A DNA stretch of 36,234 bases from Spirogloea muscicola (taxonomy: Eukaryota). Location: assembly GCA_009602725.1 (NCBI GenBank), contig WELB01000008.1, positions 489,300 to 525,533 on the forward strand, given 5' to 3'. How positions within the stretch are numbered: position 1 is the first letter of the stretch; every line of letters begins with the position of its first letter. The notes beneath the pieces were generated by a model. The model was not told where the DNA came from. It worked only from the letters and a program-made list of their open reading frames with translations, and made no database searches. This document shows, in pieces, positions 11,183 to 23,498 of this stretch. A program made the translations under genes and the position numbers.

Positions 11183-14100
11183 ATGCGCGGGCTGGCCGCC
11201 ATGCTCAGGGCTTCCTGCAATCGCACCTTGAGGCTTCCGACTGCGTCCGCGAAGCTGCGCAACTTGCTTCCCGTCAGGCGCGCTGCGTTCGCCTCCGCTG
11301 CGTCGCCTCTCCCTCCTGCCGGCCCGAGCACGATCTTCGCCTCTGAGCCTGCGCTGCAATGGCCAGCAGCCGCTCGGAAGGGCTCGCTGCACGGAGGTAC
11401 TTCTGGTCGCCCGCTACTGACGCCGCTTGCGGATCAGAGTCCAGCACTCGTCATCACAGGCGGTCTGCGTACGCAACCTCTCAGCTCCATCCAGAGCAAG
11501 CCTATCCAAGCCGCTACAGGAGTCAAGCGACGCGCCGCTCAGCTCCAAGTTCAGGTGATGCATGCGTTACTGCCTTGAGCTTTAGGAGTTAGATTTAAGG
11601 GTTTAGGGTTGTTACATATTGGTCTGGGGCTTAGGGTTAAAAGTGTAGCTGCTAAGTAGTGTCTTAGAGTAGGCAGAAACAGGTATAAGTTCAACCGAGG
11701 TGACGTGCGAGCTGCCGCTGCTCTATTTGAGCTGAAGCTGCCTTCTGATTCCATTTCGAGTTGGACTTAAGGTTTTGGGATCTGGGATCCAGCCTTCTCC
11801 TCCCTGTAGAAAGAGATCTCCACTTGATGTAGTCATACACACTCTCATTCCATGTCATGGCATGGAAGACAAGGTATGCAGACGATTCTGTAGATTGTGA
11901 ATTTGCATCAACAAGCTGAGGAGTGGTTGCAGGCTGCATAGGCAGCTGCAGCTACAAAAGCTCACCTGCGTTGCGTGTGTGCTATCTATCTGTGTGCAGA
12001 CCAAGTTCAATGAAACGGCATGGCAGCATAAGCTCCTGCAGTTTCGACACGGAGATGAGATTGAGTTGATTTTGCGTTCAAAAGGTGATCGACTACATGC
12101 GGAGAAGTTGACCAACTTAGCTGGTCAGCTGGGACTTGAGAGGTGTGGAGATATCTTTCACATCCTTATCTATGCACCTGACGATTGCAAAAGAGTCCCA
12201 TGCTCAATCATACTTACTCTTGTTGTTAGCATTGCTAATACTGCTGTTGTTCAGCAAGCTAGTCTTCAGAGCTTGACGCTTGTTGGTCTGCACTTTGACT
12301 TTGACCCTCGTGCTGACTGCAGCAAGCTATATGGTAAGGTGTTTGTGATCAGCAAGGACCCTTTGCCCCGCTACCGCCCCGATCTTGACAACAAGCGGCC
12401 ACAGCGGGAGGTAGGCTTAAGGAGGCATACTGCAATTTGGCCATGCAGCTCACGACTCGCCTAAGCTACCTACGTGTTGGACGAGTTCTTGTGTTATGCT
12501 TGTGTCATGCTTGGTCTAAAATGAAAGTATGACAGGGAGACATTTATGTTGCCTTTGACTTCATGATTACCACTATCTGAGTACAGTAGGTACTGTACTG
12601 ATAGCTGTAAGGTCGTTGCTGGTCATATGTTGCATGCATCGTGAGCTGGCATGCTCCTACTTTGATAATTTAAGATTTGCTTAGCTGAGCCTGAAGTGCG
12701 CTGACTGGTGGTGCAGTTCAAATTGTCAGAAAGTACTCGGAGGCAGGCTGTGAAGCTCCTCCAGGACTATTGGAGACGTTCCAGGGCAGACGACATGGCT
12801 GCTCCAAGTGCAACGTCGACGTCCAGTGCTGTGTTGAGTGGTCGGGCTGATCATGCAGTCAACGGAGGTGCCGGCTTGTTGAACGATTTCGATACCGTGA
12901 TTGAGTCCTCTGAACAGGGTAGCCAATCAGCGCTGCCCAAGCCCACTAGGACCTCACTTGAGGGGAATGGTCGCTTGGAGGGTAGTGTCATCCAAATGCC
13001 CAGGGTTAGACTACAGACAGACAGACAAATTCGTCAAAGTGAAAGATTGAAGCAGAGGCAAGAGGCCTGGCAGGTGCCCTCCAAGACATCACTTAAGCAC
13101 ACAAGCACATGCAACTCCACATAGTCCAAATTCCAGCTGCATCTGCTCTGAGTTGAACAGATGCAACTATCTTGGACCTTCCCAGGTCTTCCAAGAGGCT
13201 TGTCTGCACCATGGTCAGACCAAGTCCTGCTTGCTGACTTTCAACAAGTGCTTGTAGCAGGCGATGGCTGAGGCACAGAAATTGCTCCAGCTTCGGAAGA
13301 GCTTGCCTGCCTTTGGCAAGCGGCAGATGTTCCTTGATGCAATCCGCAAGAACCAGGTATGAACTACTCTTCAGAGGCCCTAGGCAGGGTGGCTGTACAT
13401 GTAGGCAGTTTGTGATTCTAATTACTGTAACTGTGGAAAGCTTGTCAAATCAAGGTGACCTGCTATCCACTCACTTGAGGAATATGGCTGCTACTCAGGT
13501 GGTGGTAATATCTGGGGAAACAGGTTGCGGCAAGACGACGCAACTTCCTCAGTACATACTGGAAAGTGAGATAGCAGCTGGTCGGGGTGCCTTATGTAAC
13601 ATTGTCTGCACCCAGCCTCGTCGAATATCAGCAATATCTGTAGCTGAACGAGTTGCTTCAGAACGCGGGGAGGAGGTTGGCGAACTGGTGAGCAATAAAG
13701 ACATTGCCTTGATATGATGGCCTTGATATAATCCCTAACAAGCAATGTCTGCAAGTACTATGTGATATAGAGTTGCTGGAGTAGGATGGGAGATCTACAT
13801 GGTGAGGGATCTAGATGGCTTTTCTTTGGAGCAGATTTCCAATTTTATCAGCTTGGGAATGTGGACTCATATCTATGATGAGTAACTTCATCATAGATAT
13901 GTCCTGGGCTTTCCTCATTCTCCCTGGCCCATCCTTATGTAATGATGCAGGTAGGATTCCAAGTGCGTCTAGAAAAGGCCAGAGGCCAAAGCACAAGGCT
14001 GCTCTTCTGCACCACCGGCACACTGCTTCGGCAACTCCAAAGTGACCCCGTCCTCCATGGCATTAGTCATGTCATTGTTGACGAGATTCATGAGCGTGGG

Positions 14101-17100
14101 ATCAATGAAGGTAAAGTGCAGGAGATCGGATGCACCACCAAACAGTTGTTCTCAGCCTGCAACAGACACAAGAATCTGCATGTTTTTAAACTCCAACAAA
14201 CTCCAACCTAGAGCTTTCATTGTCAGACAGGCTGAGCAAATCTAGGCATATGCTTTATTGTTGACATGAGATTCCTGTTGACAAGGTATCTGTCATAATC
14301 CACAGACTTCTTGCTTATTGTCCTGCAAAAAATTCTTCCTTGCCGACCTGATTTGCGAGTGGTACTGATGAGTGCCACCTTGGATGCAAAGCTTTTCTCT
14401 GGTTTCTTTGGAGGTGCACCTGTAATGCACATACCAGTAAGTTGGTCAAAGAGCTCACGTGACATGCAAACAAAAATTGAGAGTGCTACTTTGAAGAGCT
14501 CATATTCCTTGTGAGTAGGTCAATACAACCTCTGTTAGTTGCTCTTCTTATTGGACATGTGTTATTTTTGGGAAGCTTAACTCCCAAGGTTGTGAATCAA
14601 TCTGCACTGGTTGTCTATATGCAGGGGTTCACATATCCAGTGAAAACACATTATTTAGAGGACATACTTGAGATAACCGGCCACATCATCACTCCAAGCA
14701 ATCAGGTGGATGATTATGGCTCTGGGAAAAAGTGGCGGCAGTACAAGCAGTTGCAATACACTTTGGGACAGAGAAGCAATGCTGTCACCAATCTAGTTGA
14801 GGTGCGCCATTGAAAAGGAGGTGTGCAAGTATTGCACTACTCATGAATAATTTTCTGAGAATAAGGTCTGCATGGAAAAGCTTCCGCTCATCTGGCAAGA
14901 ATCCAACATTTCATGTCACGATGCCTGCCTTCTGTGTTCATACTCACGAAAATCAGTTGGATCGATCTTGTTGTCAAATCCAGGAGGCTCTTCGAGATGC
15001 TGACTTTGGAAATCTAAGACCTGCGACTCAAAGGTCCCTGGAATGCTGGGCAGGAGAGGGCTTGGGATTTAATCTTATTGAGAGTGTGCTGGCACATATT
15101 TGTCGTAAGGAGGGTCCAGGAGCCATTTTAGTAATCATAACAGGCTGGGAGGACATTTCTGCACTTCTCTCGCAGCTTCGTGCACACCCTCTTCTGGGTG
15201 ATGAGCAGCAGGTCCTTCTACTATGTTGTCATGGCTCGATGGCCACAGATGAGCAGGTACACTGTAGAAGACAGTCTGTCTAATGTGAATACTAGCATAC
15301 CATGGCACAACTTCTATTAACTAGTGTGCACCACCAGTCTTGTCTAATTTGTTTAAAGAATTCAAGTTCAATTCTTGTGCGGCAAAGTTCTGATATTTTG
15401 TGTTTTGTCAATCAATCAACTCAACCACAGAGGCTCATATTCAAGCCTCCACATCTTGGTGTACGCAAAATTGTGCTGGCTACCAATATTGTGGAAACAA
15501 GCATCACCATCAATGATGTCGTATACGTGGTTGACTGTGGAAAAATGAAGGAGAAGACCTATGATGCCCTCAACAACACACCTTGTCTTCTCCCGTCCTG
15601 GATATCTCAAGCTTCTGCCCAGCAGGTCAGTCAGTATCAACTCATTGTGAAGATATGTTTGCTAATTTACCTGCAGGGACGTCTTCAGATTCTGGGAATG
15701 TCCTGTCTGACCAGTTCAGTCACATGCTACCTCTAAAAAATAGCAGTCTGACCTTTATGGACCTTTCTCTGCAGAGAAGTGGCAGGGCTGGAAGAGTGCA
15801 GCCAGGAGTTTGTTTTCATCTGTACCCAAAGGTGGTGTTTGAAGGGCTTCCCAAGTACCAACAGCCAGAACTTCTTCGCACTCCCTTAGACGCTCTCTGC
15901 CTCCAGATAAAGAGCTTGGGTCTGGGAGGAGTTGCTCAGTTCCTTTCCTGTGCTCCCCAACCTCCTGACAAGTTAGCGGTATGTATGCCTAGAAGCACCG
16001 AGCAATGTGCGGGGTCCTGTATTCTGGCCCTCTAGCAAGGCAAAAGTTGCAGGCTCGGTAGCCGCTTGTTGTCCTTTGTCTATGTCTCTCCCAGAAGAAG
16101 ATTCTCAATCTCATAAGATGTGTCACGTGCTTGAGCAGGTGCAGAAAGCAGTACAACTCTTGACGTCCATTGGAGCATTTGGACCAAATGAGGAGCTCAC
16201 ACCATTGGGTATGCTAAATCATTTGTTCTTTGTTCTTGCTGATTGTGTAGGTAGCAGGGCAGACATCACTCATAGTCTCAGCTATTTATCTGAAGTCAGG
16301 ACGTGTCTGCATACATCTTGATACTGATATTGACTGTCTTGGTGGCTGTCCTTCCTCTTTCTCCAGGACGCCATCTTTGTGACCTGCCAGTGGACCCTCG
16401 CATTGGCAAGATGCTTATAATGGGTGCTGTTTTCCAGTGTTTGAGCCCCATCTTGACTGTCGCTGCTGGTCTCACATTCCGTGACCCTTTCGTCATTCCT
16501 ACAGATCAGAAAGAGGTTGGAGGCCAAATAGCAAGCGTAGAATGGGTATCAGATTGCCTCCAACTTGCAAGGTCATGCATTATAGTGGTGCCTGCCAGTG
16601 GTATTTCATACCTCCTATCTGCACCTCGTATGATGTCCTGCCTCGCTGGCACGCCAATGCTAAGCATTCTGTCATATCTAAGGTATGGAAATGTGTGCTG
16701 ACAGGCTGCAGACAGTGTGCGCGGTATGTTTGGAGCTCAGAATAACAGCGACCATATGGCCCTTGTCCGTGCCTTTGATGGCTGGACGGCAGCCGTCAGG
16801 TCTGGCCAGGGAGGCACATATTGCTGGGACAACTTCCTTAGCATGCGGACCTTGCAGGTACAGAGGTTGTCAATCGAATTCACAATGTTGACACACCATG
16901 TTATGCGGAGCAATATATCCTGCACTTAATATGACCACGTTCGAAGAGATGACCATGTTTGAAGAGATCATTGTGGGGTGATTTGCTTTGTGTATACGTT
17001 GTCAGATGATGTGCAAGTTGAGGTCGCAACTTGTGGACACGCTGGCTGGAATGGGCTTCATTGATGATGTCGCTGGCTCAGTCGGAGCTAATAAGAACAG

Positions 17101-18953
17101 TGGGGACTCTGAGCTTGTCAAAGGCATCATATGTGGGGGTCTGTTTCCAAATGTGGCATCAGGAGAAGTAAGCAGCTGCGGATAACATGACTTGTTTGCA
17201 TTTTCGGAAATATGCTCCTCTGAGGTGCTGTTATGTTGTGTGCATTGAGCTAAAATTACATTCCACTGGCATGATCTCAGTGTAATGACCTGTATCTACA
17301 TTGATGACCTTCATCTGAGTGTGATAACAAATATATCTGAAGAGGTGCCCGTATTTTCATTGCCAGAATTTGATTCGATTTTGTGAACCTTCTCTGCAGA
17401 GGAGGGCAAGATCAACCATCTTCAAAACAGTGGAAGATGGACAAGTCTCCCTGCACCCTGTACGTTGTTTGCGATGTGCATCAAGAAGCTCAAAGAGGAC
17501 ATGGAAGAATGCATCATTCAAAATCGCATGGAAATGACAGAACAGTGTTGAATATTGTACGGTTCTCCTTGTACAACCCATTCTGTATCTTCAAGTGAGG
17601 GTGTCCAAGTTCTTGCCTAATGTTGGTTTACATTGACATCAGGCTTCTATCAATGCAAAGGAGCCTCTATTTACACAGCCTTGGTTGGTCTTTGATGAGA
17701 AGGTGAGAGGCTTAATTGCTACTCAATGCTGATTCTTATGCTTGTGCATTACTTTAATGATTCACCTACTACCTTCTAAACTGTTAAGGGCAGATTCGTG
17801 CTTGAGTGCTTCTTTGATACCCGAGGAAGTCAGGCAAGACTCACACAGCTTGATTGCACCTGCTTGGTTAACAGATGATGACATCGTCCATCTTCATCCG
17901 TTCTTCAACTGGCATCTCTGATGCTGCCCTCCTCCTATTTGGCGGCAAGTTAACCCCTGGTGATGAGGTTCGTCTCTCCTCATCAGTCTCATATGTGTCT
18001 GTTGTAGTGCGGCTCGTGGAACTAGGAGTCCACTCAGGTATGTCTTGTCAGCAGTTCCTCAGTACAGAGTATTACCAGGGCATGCTTGGTGTCTGGCACC
18101 TTCTTAATACTTGTCAAGTTGGGTGTGGCAGCCTGGATACGTACACATGCTGGACCAGTCCCTGGAGTTCTTCATGACACCAGAGGCTGGGCGATTGGTT
18201 CTTGCATTGCGTGGAGAGCTAGATGCACTCGTCAACAAGAAGGCAAGATCGTTGATGACAAAAATTTTCAGTGGCCTTGTCAATATGTACCAATTCAATG
18301 GCTGAAGCTTGCTTTGTGTACTTTCCTGGCTGACAAGCGTACACTCCTCTTTATTGGCAGTTCTTGGACCCAAAGACGTGCATTGAGGAGGAAATGACTC
18401 TCTTATTAGAGGGCGTGAGAATGATGCTGCATTGCCAGGACAGCAATGGTGCATTCATCTCTGGACGGATAGAGAAGAAAGCTGCCAAAAAGTTTTTGAG
18501 ACTTGCCCCAAGCACAACCAGCAGTGGGGCCAAGGTCAAGCCTCCCATGTCCCGAGGCCCTGGCAATGGGAAGGACGTGATGGATATTAAGGGCTTACTG
18601 CAGGTAGGCCTACTACTGTTGCCCTTCAATGCGTACCCTGCTGGAATGTGTGCTACCATAGGGGCTGGAGGATACACAGATTTAAGTAACTTTGTTTGCT
18701 TTGCACTCCCCTGCAGAGCTTCATACAGAAGAAGGAGAGACTGCTGCCCAGCTATAGCGTTGCCGAACTGGGCACAGAGCAACGGCCAAGGTATCAAGCC
18801 ACTGTAAAACTGGGAGGAGGCAGTATGTTTTTGGGTAAAGCTGCAGGAAACAAGAGGCAGGCAGAGAAGAATGCCGCTTCTGCTGCATGGGACCACTTGA
18901 ATGTGCTATATGGAGAGCAAGAACGGGGTGAAGTTGCGGAAGCAGTGTGCTAG
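11183..18953 (+). CDS. DExH-box ATP-dependent RNA helicase (DHX36-like, plant DExH3/DExH5 type) with C-terminal dsRNA-binding domain; about 22 exons
   Basis: [78 protein letters not shown]2 region ([21 protein letters not shown]), dsRBD ([13 protein letters not shown]). Exons 11183-11554, 12000-12142, 12323-12410, 12717-13073, 13261-13356, 13499-13687, 13951-14110, 14306-14436, 14625-14801, 14984-15256, 15431-15625, 15775-15978, 16139-16208, 16367-16515, 16705-16857, 17006-17167, 17400-17459, 17643-17702, 17875-17967, 18132-18242, 18361-18603, 18717-18953. Confidence 0.95.
11579..11642 (+). repeat. Degenerate TTTAGGG tract in helicase intron 1
   Basis: tttaggagttagatttaagggtttagggttg...cttagggttaa. 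Confidence 0.65.
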
Positions 18954-19468
18954 AAATGCCAGCAGGTCAACGTCCTGTTTAGCCCAAGAAAACAAGCTTT
19001 CCTGTTAGCAAGTTGACATGTTGTTTGCATAGGTCTACACTGCTTCTTACATCAGCAGAACAATAGTACTTCGCGACATAAAGTCAACAGTGTCCAGATT
19101 TATTGCTTAGACAGCACAGTAGAACATTAGAATTAGCCATTGCTTACATTGTTTTTGTGCTGCAAGTTGATGCACAAGCATCTAGCCAGCGCGATTGTGA
19201 CGTCCCTGAGATGTACTTGTGACTTCTCCCACTGTGACACCCAGACATGGTGGCACAGCTGCTCGTCAATCCTGACACAAGATGACCTGGCACTTTGAGC
19301 CCAATTGTTTTGTACAGGCAACTGGCCTGTCAAGCAGGATAAGCACTTGACCTTGTGAATATGTCACCTTCTGAAGTTGTCATCTGGACTACATGTTTTG
19401 TAGACCAAAGATTTGAGCACGTATCACTACCATGCAGGGTTGCAAGCCCAAGCAAAATCATGAATTTC

Positions 19469-20682
19469 TCAAGATCCAGATTGTTTCCTATTCTCCTCGT
19501 CCTGCATCTGAGCCTTCAGCTGCTCCAGCAGCCCCCACTGCCTGTTCGTGGGTTGTGGGCCAACCGTGGAAGCTGGGCCCACCTCGCAGCGGCACGGCGC
19601 CTTGTTTAGGTTCACTCCACACACTATGCAGAGGCCCCGGCAGGCCTCCCGGCACAGCTTTCTGATTGGAATCTCTAGGTGGACTGTATCACGAATGTAC
19701 GTGGAGATATCAACCTCCTGCGCTGTTGCCGGGAAGTGGAGCCGGTCATCGAGGTCGATGTCCAGCACGCCATCAGCAGGCTCATCGGTGTCGCTGGGAG
19801 CCCAACTGCTGTCCTTGCTCAAGACAATGCCGAGACTGCGCTCCGCGGGCTCCTCTACCGGCCTCTCCGTGAGCTTGAGGCTGACATCCGCCAGCACACG
19901 CTCTGCCACCAGCGCCAAGCACCTGTGAGGGCAATAAGCGGCAAGGCTGAGCCACACACTCTATGCAAGCTGGATTGGCTAAAATTCGGCTGACCGGCTG
20001 TGCCTGGAAAAAGGACAATTAGCCAGTCCTTAAGCTTCAGGGTCCTAAGCCCGTCCACAGCAATTATAGATTATAGTTGACGAGGGCGTTGATGACCGAG
20101 TAGGTTTGGCCCTCACCTGTTGCACCTCACCGTGATGGCCGTCCGAATGGTCCCATCCAGCCGGATGTCAGCACTATCCTGCTCCACATCTACTGAGACG
20201 AGCACAGGCGTGGGCCCGCTGCCGCCTTCGCCTCCAACATTGCCGCCGTCAACTCTGTCAACACTCATGCTGGCATCTTTGAGGCCCATCTGCAGGGCCA
20301 AGTCATGGGAGAGCTGTGAAGACAGCTTGGTCAAGTGCAGCCGCTCCAGCGTCGTGGCCAGCTCCAGGTGGCGGCCCTTGATGCCCCGCCGAAAGAACAG
20401 TGCGCCCTGCCATGGCTGCTGCTGCTCGCTGTCCCGGCCCTCAGTTGCCGCTGAGTCCTCTGAGTCATCAGCAGCATCCTCACCCGTGCCTCTCAGCACT
20501 GCCCTCCAGACACCCCTCTGATGAAGTCTGCGCTCTTTCAGATTCTGTTGCCCTGACACAAGACGAGTCCCGAGCACCAAATAGCGCGTACGAGGAAAGG
20601 CCCGGCTTTCAGGCGGGAAGCAGAGCCTTAAGGAGTAGCCAAGAGGCGGGTGAACCCATGGTGTCATCTGAAGGACAGCCAT
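19469..20682 (-). CDS. YceD/DUF177 plastid 23S rRNA accumulation protein (YCED1-like); exons 20682-20117 and 19922-19469
   Basis: PWQGALFFRR, TTLERLHLTKLSS, TPVLVSVDV, LDGTIRTAITVRCNRCL, DLDDRLHFP, DISTYIRDTVHLEI, CREACRGLCIVCGVNLN..C.C, WGLLEQLK. Confidence 0.92.
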
Positions 20683-21008
20683 CGTCAGAGTAGGGCTACT
20701 GCTGCACGTCACTTTGTAAATCGATATATGTGTCCTGAGCCCTGTGCTTGGCGTCAACTTAACGAGAACTGAACACGTTGACTCAGCGACCTGAAATGCA
20801 AAGGGCCAACACTGATTGCTGGTGCTTTTGCAGGTCGATGAACAGATGCAATAAGCATCAAACAGTGACGGGAGAAAGTAACAATTATCCAGATTCAATT
20901 CCAATCAGCCCAAACCATATTATGTTGTCACGCCTAGCCTATGGTCCCCAGCATGTCATAAGGAGTCCTGCAGGCTGACCTCGGACGGGAGCTTTGAGGA
21001 CTGGTGCC

Positions 21009-22248
21009 TCAGGCTTCCTGTACAAGTTGTCGCTTGAGCTTCTCCAGCTCCTCTGGACATGCGTCACACGATGCCACTCATTTACAGGTCAGCCATTGAG
21101 GCCGGGCTTTCGGCCACAGAGCAAGAAGGACAAGGCCATTGCTCACACATGCAATGCAATGCTGGCTACCATGGCTCCACAGCCTCCTGCTGCAGAGGGT
21201 GCCATTGGCTGCGTGTGGGAGTGCCAAAGTGCTCCGCGCCTTTGTATGCAGCACCGGCTTTGCACGATAACGAGACTGCCTGAGGGTGGGAGTTTAGACT
21301 CACAGACCGAGTCTACATATCTGGCAGAAGGCTTTTAGATATTTGACTTGAAGGCCTGTCAGGCTGTCAGGCTGTCAGGGGTCGTGTCGGGTGTCAAGAA
21401 GTAGGATATAGACGTACCGACGAGGTTGAGGGTCAATGGTCAAGGCTTCAAACCCTCTAGAGCAGGGCACGGAACACTACTTCCTAGCCCATCAGACTAT
21501 GGACCAGGACTGTGGGCCTCACTCTGCTGCCGGTTCAGGGCGGCGCGCTTGTCTGAGAGGAAGAAGATGCCCGAGCTCTGCAGGTAGACCTCCTGCGCGC
21601 CCAACTGCTCGGCCCAGTGAGACTGGCGGCTGCGTGGTGCTCAAGAAGCACCGGCACAGAGAGCTGAGCTGGGCGCCCGGAGCTCGGCACATACACTATA
21701 AGACTTACGGTCAGGGTTTAGGGTGTAGTGGGTTTTGGGTTTTGGTTTTAGGTGCTGATCAGTCTAAACTGGCGCGACAAACACGAGTTGAGTTTATCCA
21801 TTGTGGCCGGCGACGGCGCCATCTGGGCGGCTCGGCGGGCTTTGACGACGATTGCCCGCGCAACCGGCATTAGGAAGCACGACAGCGCAGAGGCATGGCC
21901 CCAGGCGGGCGTTTACAACCGTGGACAGGGAGAACGGCCTGACTGGAGGGCAGAGGGAGGGTTTGGGATTAGGCATCTAGGAGTTCGAGGGGGCCTCACC
22001 CGGTGCGCCGGCAGGGCGCGCAGCTCGGCGCACGCCACCTCCAGCTCCCGCGCCTGGCAGCGGCACGGCGCGGCAGCGCCGCTTGCCGTCAGCCATACTA
22101 AACAATATATGCATCTACAGATGGGTAGAGGGACGGCGGCAGGGAGGCGGCAGGGCAGCCGCGCGGCGGGGGCGCCTGCCTTGGCCTCCGCGGGGGCTCG
22201 GGCCCGCGGCGCGGCGGCGGCGGCAGAGGCGGAGGGCTACGCGGCCAT
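21009..22248 (-). pseudogene. ASDURF-like (ASNSD1 upstream ORF / prefoldin-like) small gene with in-frame TAG at codon 4; exons 22248-22180, 22053-22000, 21592-21523, 21052-21009
   Basis: Spliced product MAA*PSASAAAAAPRARAPAEAK-ARELEVACAELRALPAHR-EVYLQSSGIFFLSDKRAALNRQQ-KELEKLKRQLVQEA*. Resembles the recalled ASDURF core (ELxxLxxxRxVYxQxxxIFFLxD). Introns 2 and 3 have GTGAGG donors and CAG acceptors with matching phases; intron 1 needs a GC donor or is retained in frame. Confidence 0.72.
21708..21752 (+). repeat. Degenerate TTTAGGG tract inside intron 2 of the ASDURF-like gene
   Basis: ggtcagggtttagggtgtagtgggttttgggttttggttttagg; a second short tract at about 21958-21980. Confidence 0.65.
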
Positions 22249-22309
22249 GGATGTCGAGAAGCGGGCCGCCGTGGAGCAGGGCTCCACTGCCACGGGAGTC
22301 GCTAAAGGC

Positions 22310-22600
22310 CGCGGCGCGCTCCATACCCTACTCGAGAACATAGCGAGTCTGGGATATGCACGACGCGAGGATATGCTCCCAGCCCAGATGGGTATGCCGG
22401 CAGCCTATCTGTCATTTCTGCGACGTCGAGTGTCAACCTGTCTACAACGAGCTCAGGCGTATGCTCTGCATCAGAAAGCTGGTCGAGCCTTAGCTGCTGG
22501 CACAAGAGCTAGTCAATTGCCGTCCGGTATTCGAGCGTCAGCTAGCGACCTCTAAGTGCTGACTCGTGGTTACTGAGCGGGTCAGCTTAGCAGCAGGTGA
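22310..22600 (+). mobile_element. 3' end of a non-LTR retrotransposon (CRE/RLE-like), copy C, next to an assembly gap
   Basis: ALHTLLENIA...YLSFLRRRVSTCLQRAQAYALHQKAGRAL...SDL*VLTRGY*. RxSxxLQRxQA resembles the tail of restriction-like-endonuclease elements. Homologous to copy A, including post-stop TGAGCGnGTCA. Confidence 0.65.
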
Positions 22601-22612
22601 CGTACATTTGTC

Positions 22613-23498
22613 NNNNNNNNNNNNNNNNNNNNNNNNNNNNNNNNNNNNNNNNNNNNNNNNNNNNNNNNNNNNNNNNNNNNNNNNNNNNNNNNNNNNNNNN
22701 NNNNNNNNNNNNNNNNNNNNNNNNNNNNNNNNNNNNNNNNNNNNNNNNNNNNNNNNNNNNNNNNNNNNNNNNNNNNNNNNNNNNNNNNNNNNNNNNNNNN
22801 NNNNNNNNNNNNNNNNNNNNNNNNNNNNNNNNNNNNNNNNNNNNNNNNNNNNNNNNNNNNNNNNNNNNNNNNNNNNNNNNNNNNNNNNNNNNNNNNNNNN
22901 NNNNNNNNNNNNNNNNNNNNNNNNNNNNNNNNNNNNNNNNNNNNNNNNNNNNNNNNNNNNNNNNNNNNNNNNNNNNNNNNNNNNNNNNNNNNNNNNNNNN
23001 NNNNNNNNNNNNNNNNNNNNNNNNNNNNNNNNNNNNNNNNNNNNNNNNNNNNNNNNNNNNNNNNNNNNNNNNNNNNNNNNNNNNNNNNNNNNNNNNNNNN
23101 NNNNNNNNNNNNNNNNNNNNNNNNNNNNNNNNNNNNNNNNNNNNNNNNNNNNNNNNNNNNNNNNNNNNNNNNNNNNNNNNNNNNNNNNNNNNNNNNNNNN
23201 NNNNNNNNNNNNNNNNNNNNNNNNNNNNNNNNNNNNNNNNNNNNNNNNNNNNNNNNNNNNNNNNNNNNNNNNNNNNNNNNNNNNNNNNNNNNNNNNNNNN
23301 NNNNNNNNNNNNNNNNNNNNNNNNNNNNNNNNNNNNNNNNNNNNNNNNNNNNNNNNNNNNNNNNNNNNNNNNNNNNNNNNNNNNNNNNNNNNNNNNNNNN
23401 NNNNNNNNNNNNNNNNNNNNNNNNNNNNNNNNNNNNNNNNNNNNNNNNNNNNNNNNNNNNNNNNNNNNNNNNNNNNNNNNNNNNNNNNNNNNNNNNNN
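22613..23498. other. Assembly gap (886 N)
   Basis: Run of N. Confidence 1.

Noticed and set aside
17270..17345. Possible intronic C/D snoRNA (TGATGA...CTGA)
   Set aside because: Boxes too close together, no terminal stem and no identifiable rRNA guide.
21355..21380. (CTGTCAGG)x3; also GCC/GGC runs and a 9-bp palindrome at 12580-12599
   Set aside because: Ordinary microsatellite-scale features expected by chance or slippage.
21752..22555. 267-aa plus-strand ORF as a real gene
   Set aside because: Chimera of the antisense of the ASDURF-like gene in GC-rich sequence and the retroelement tail.
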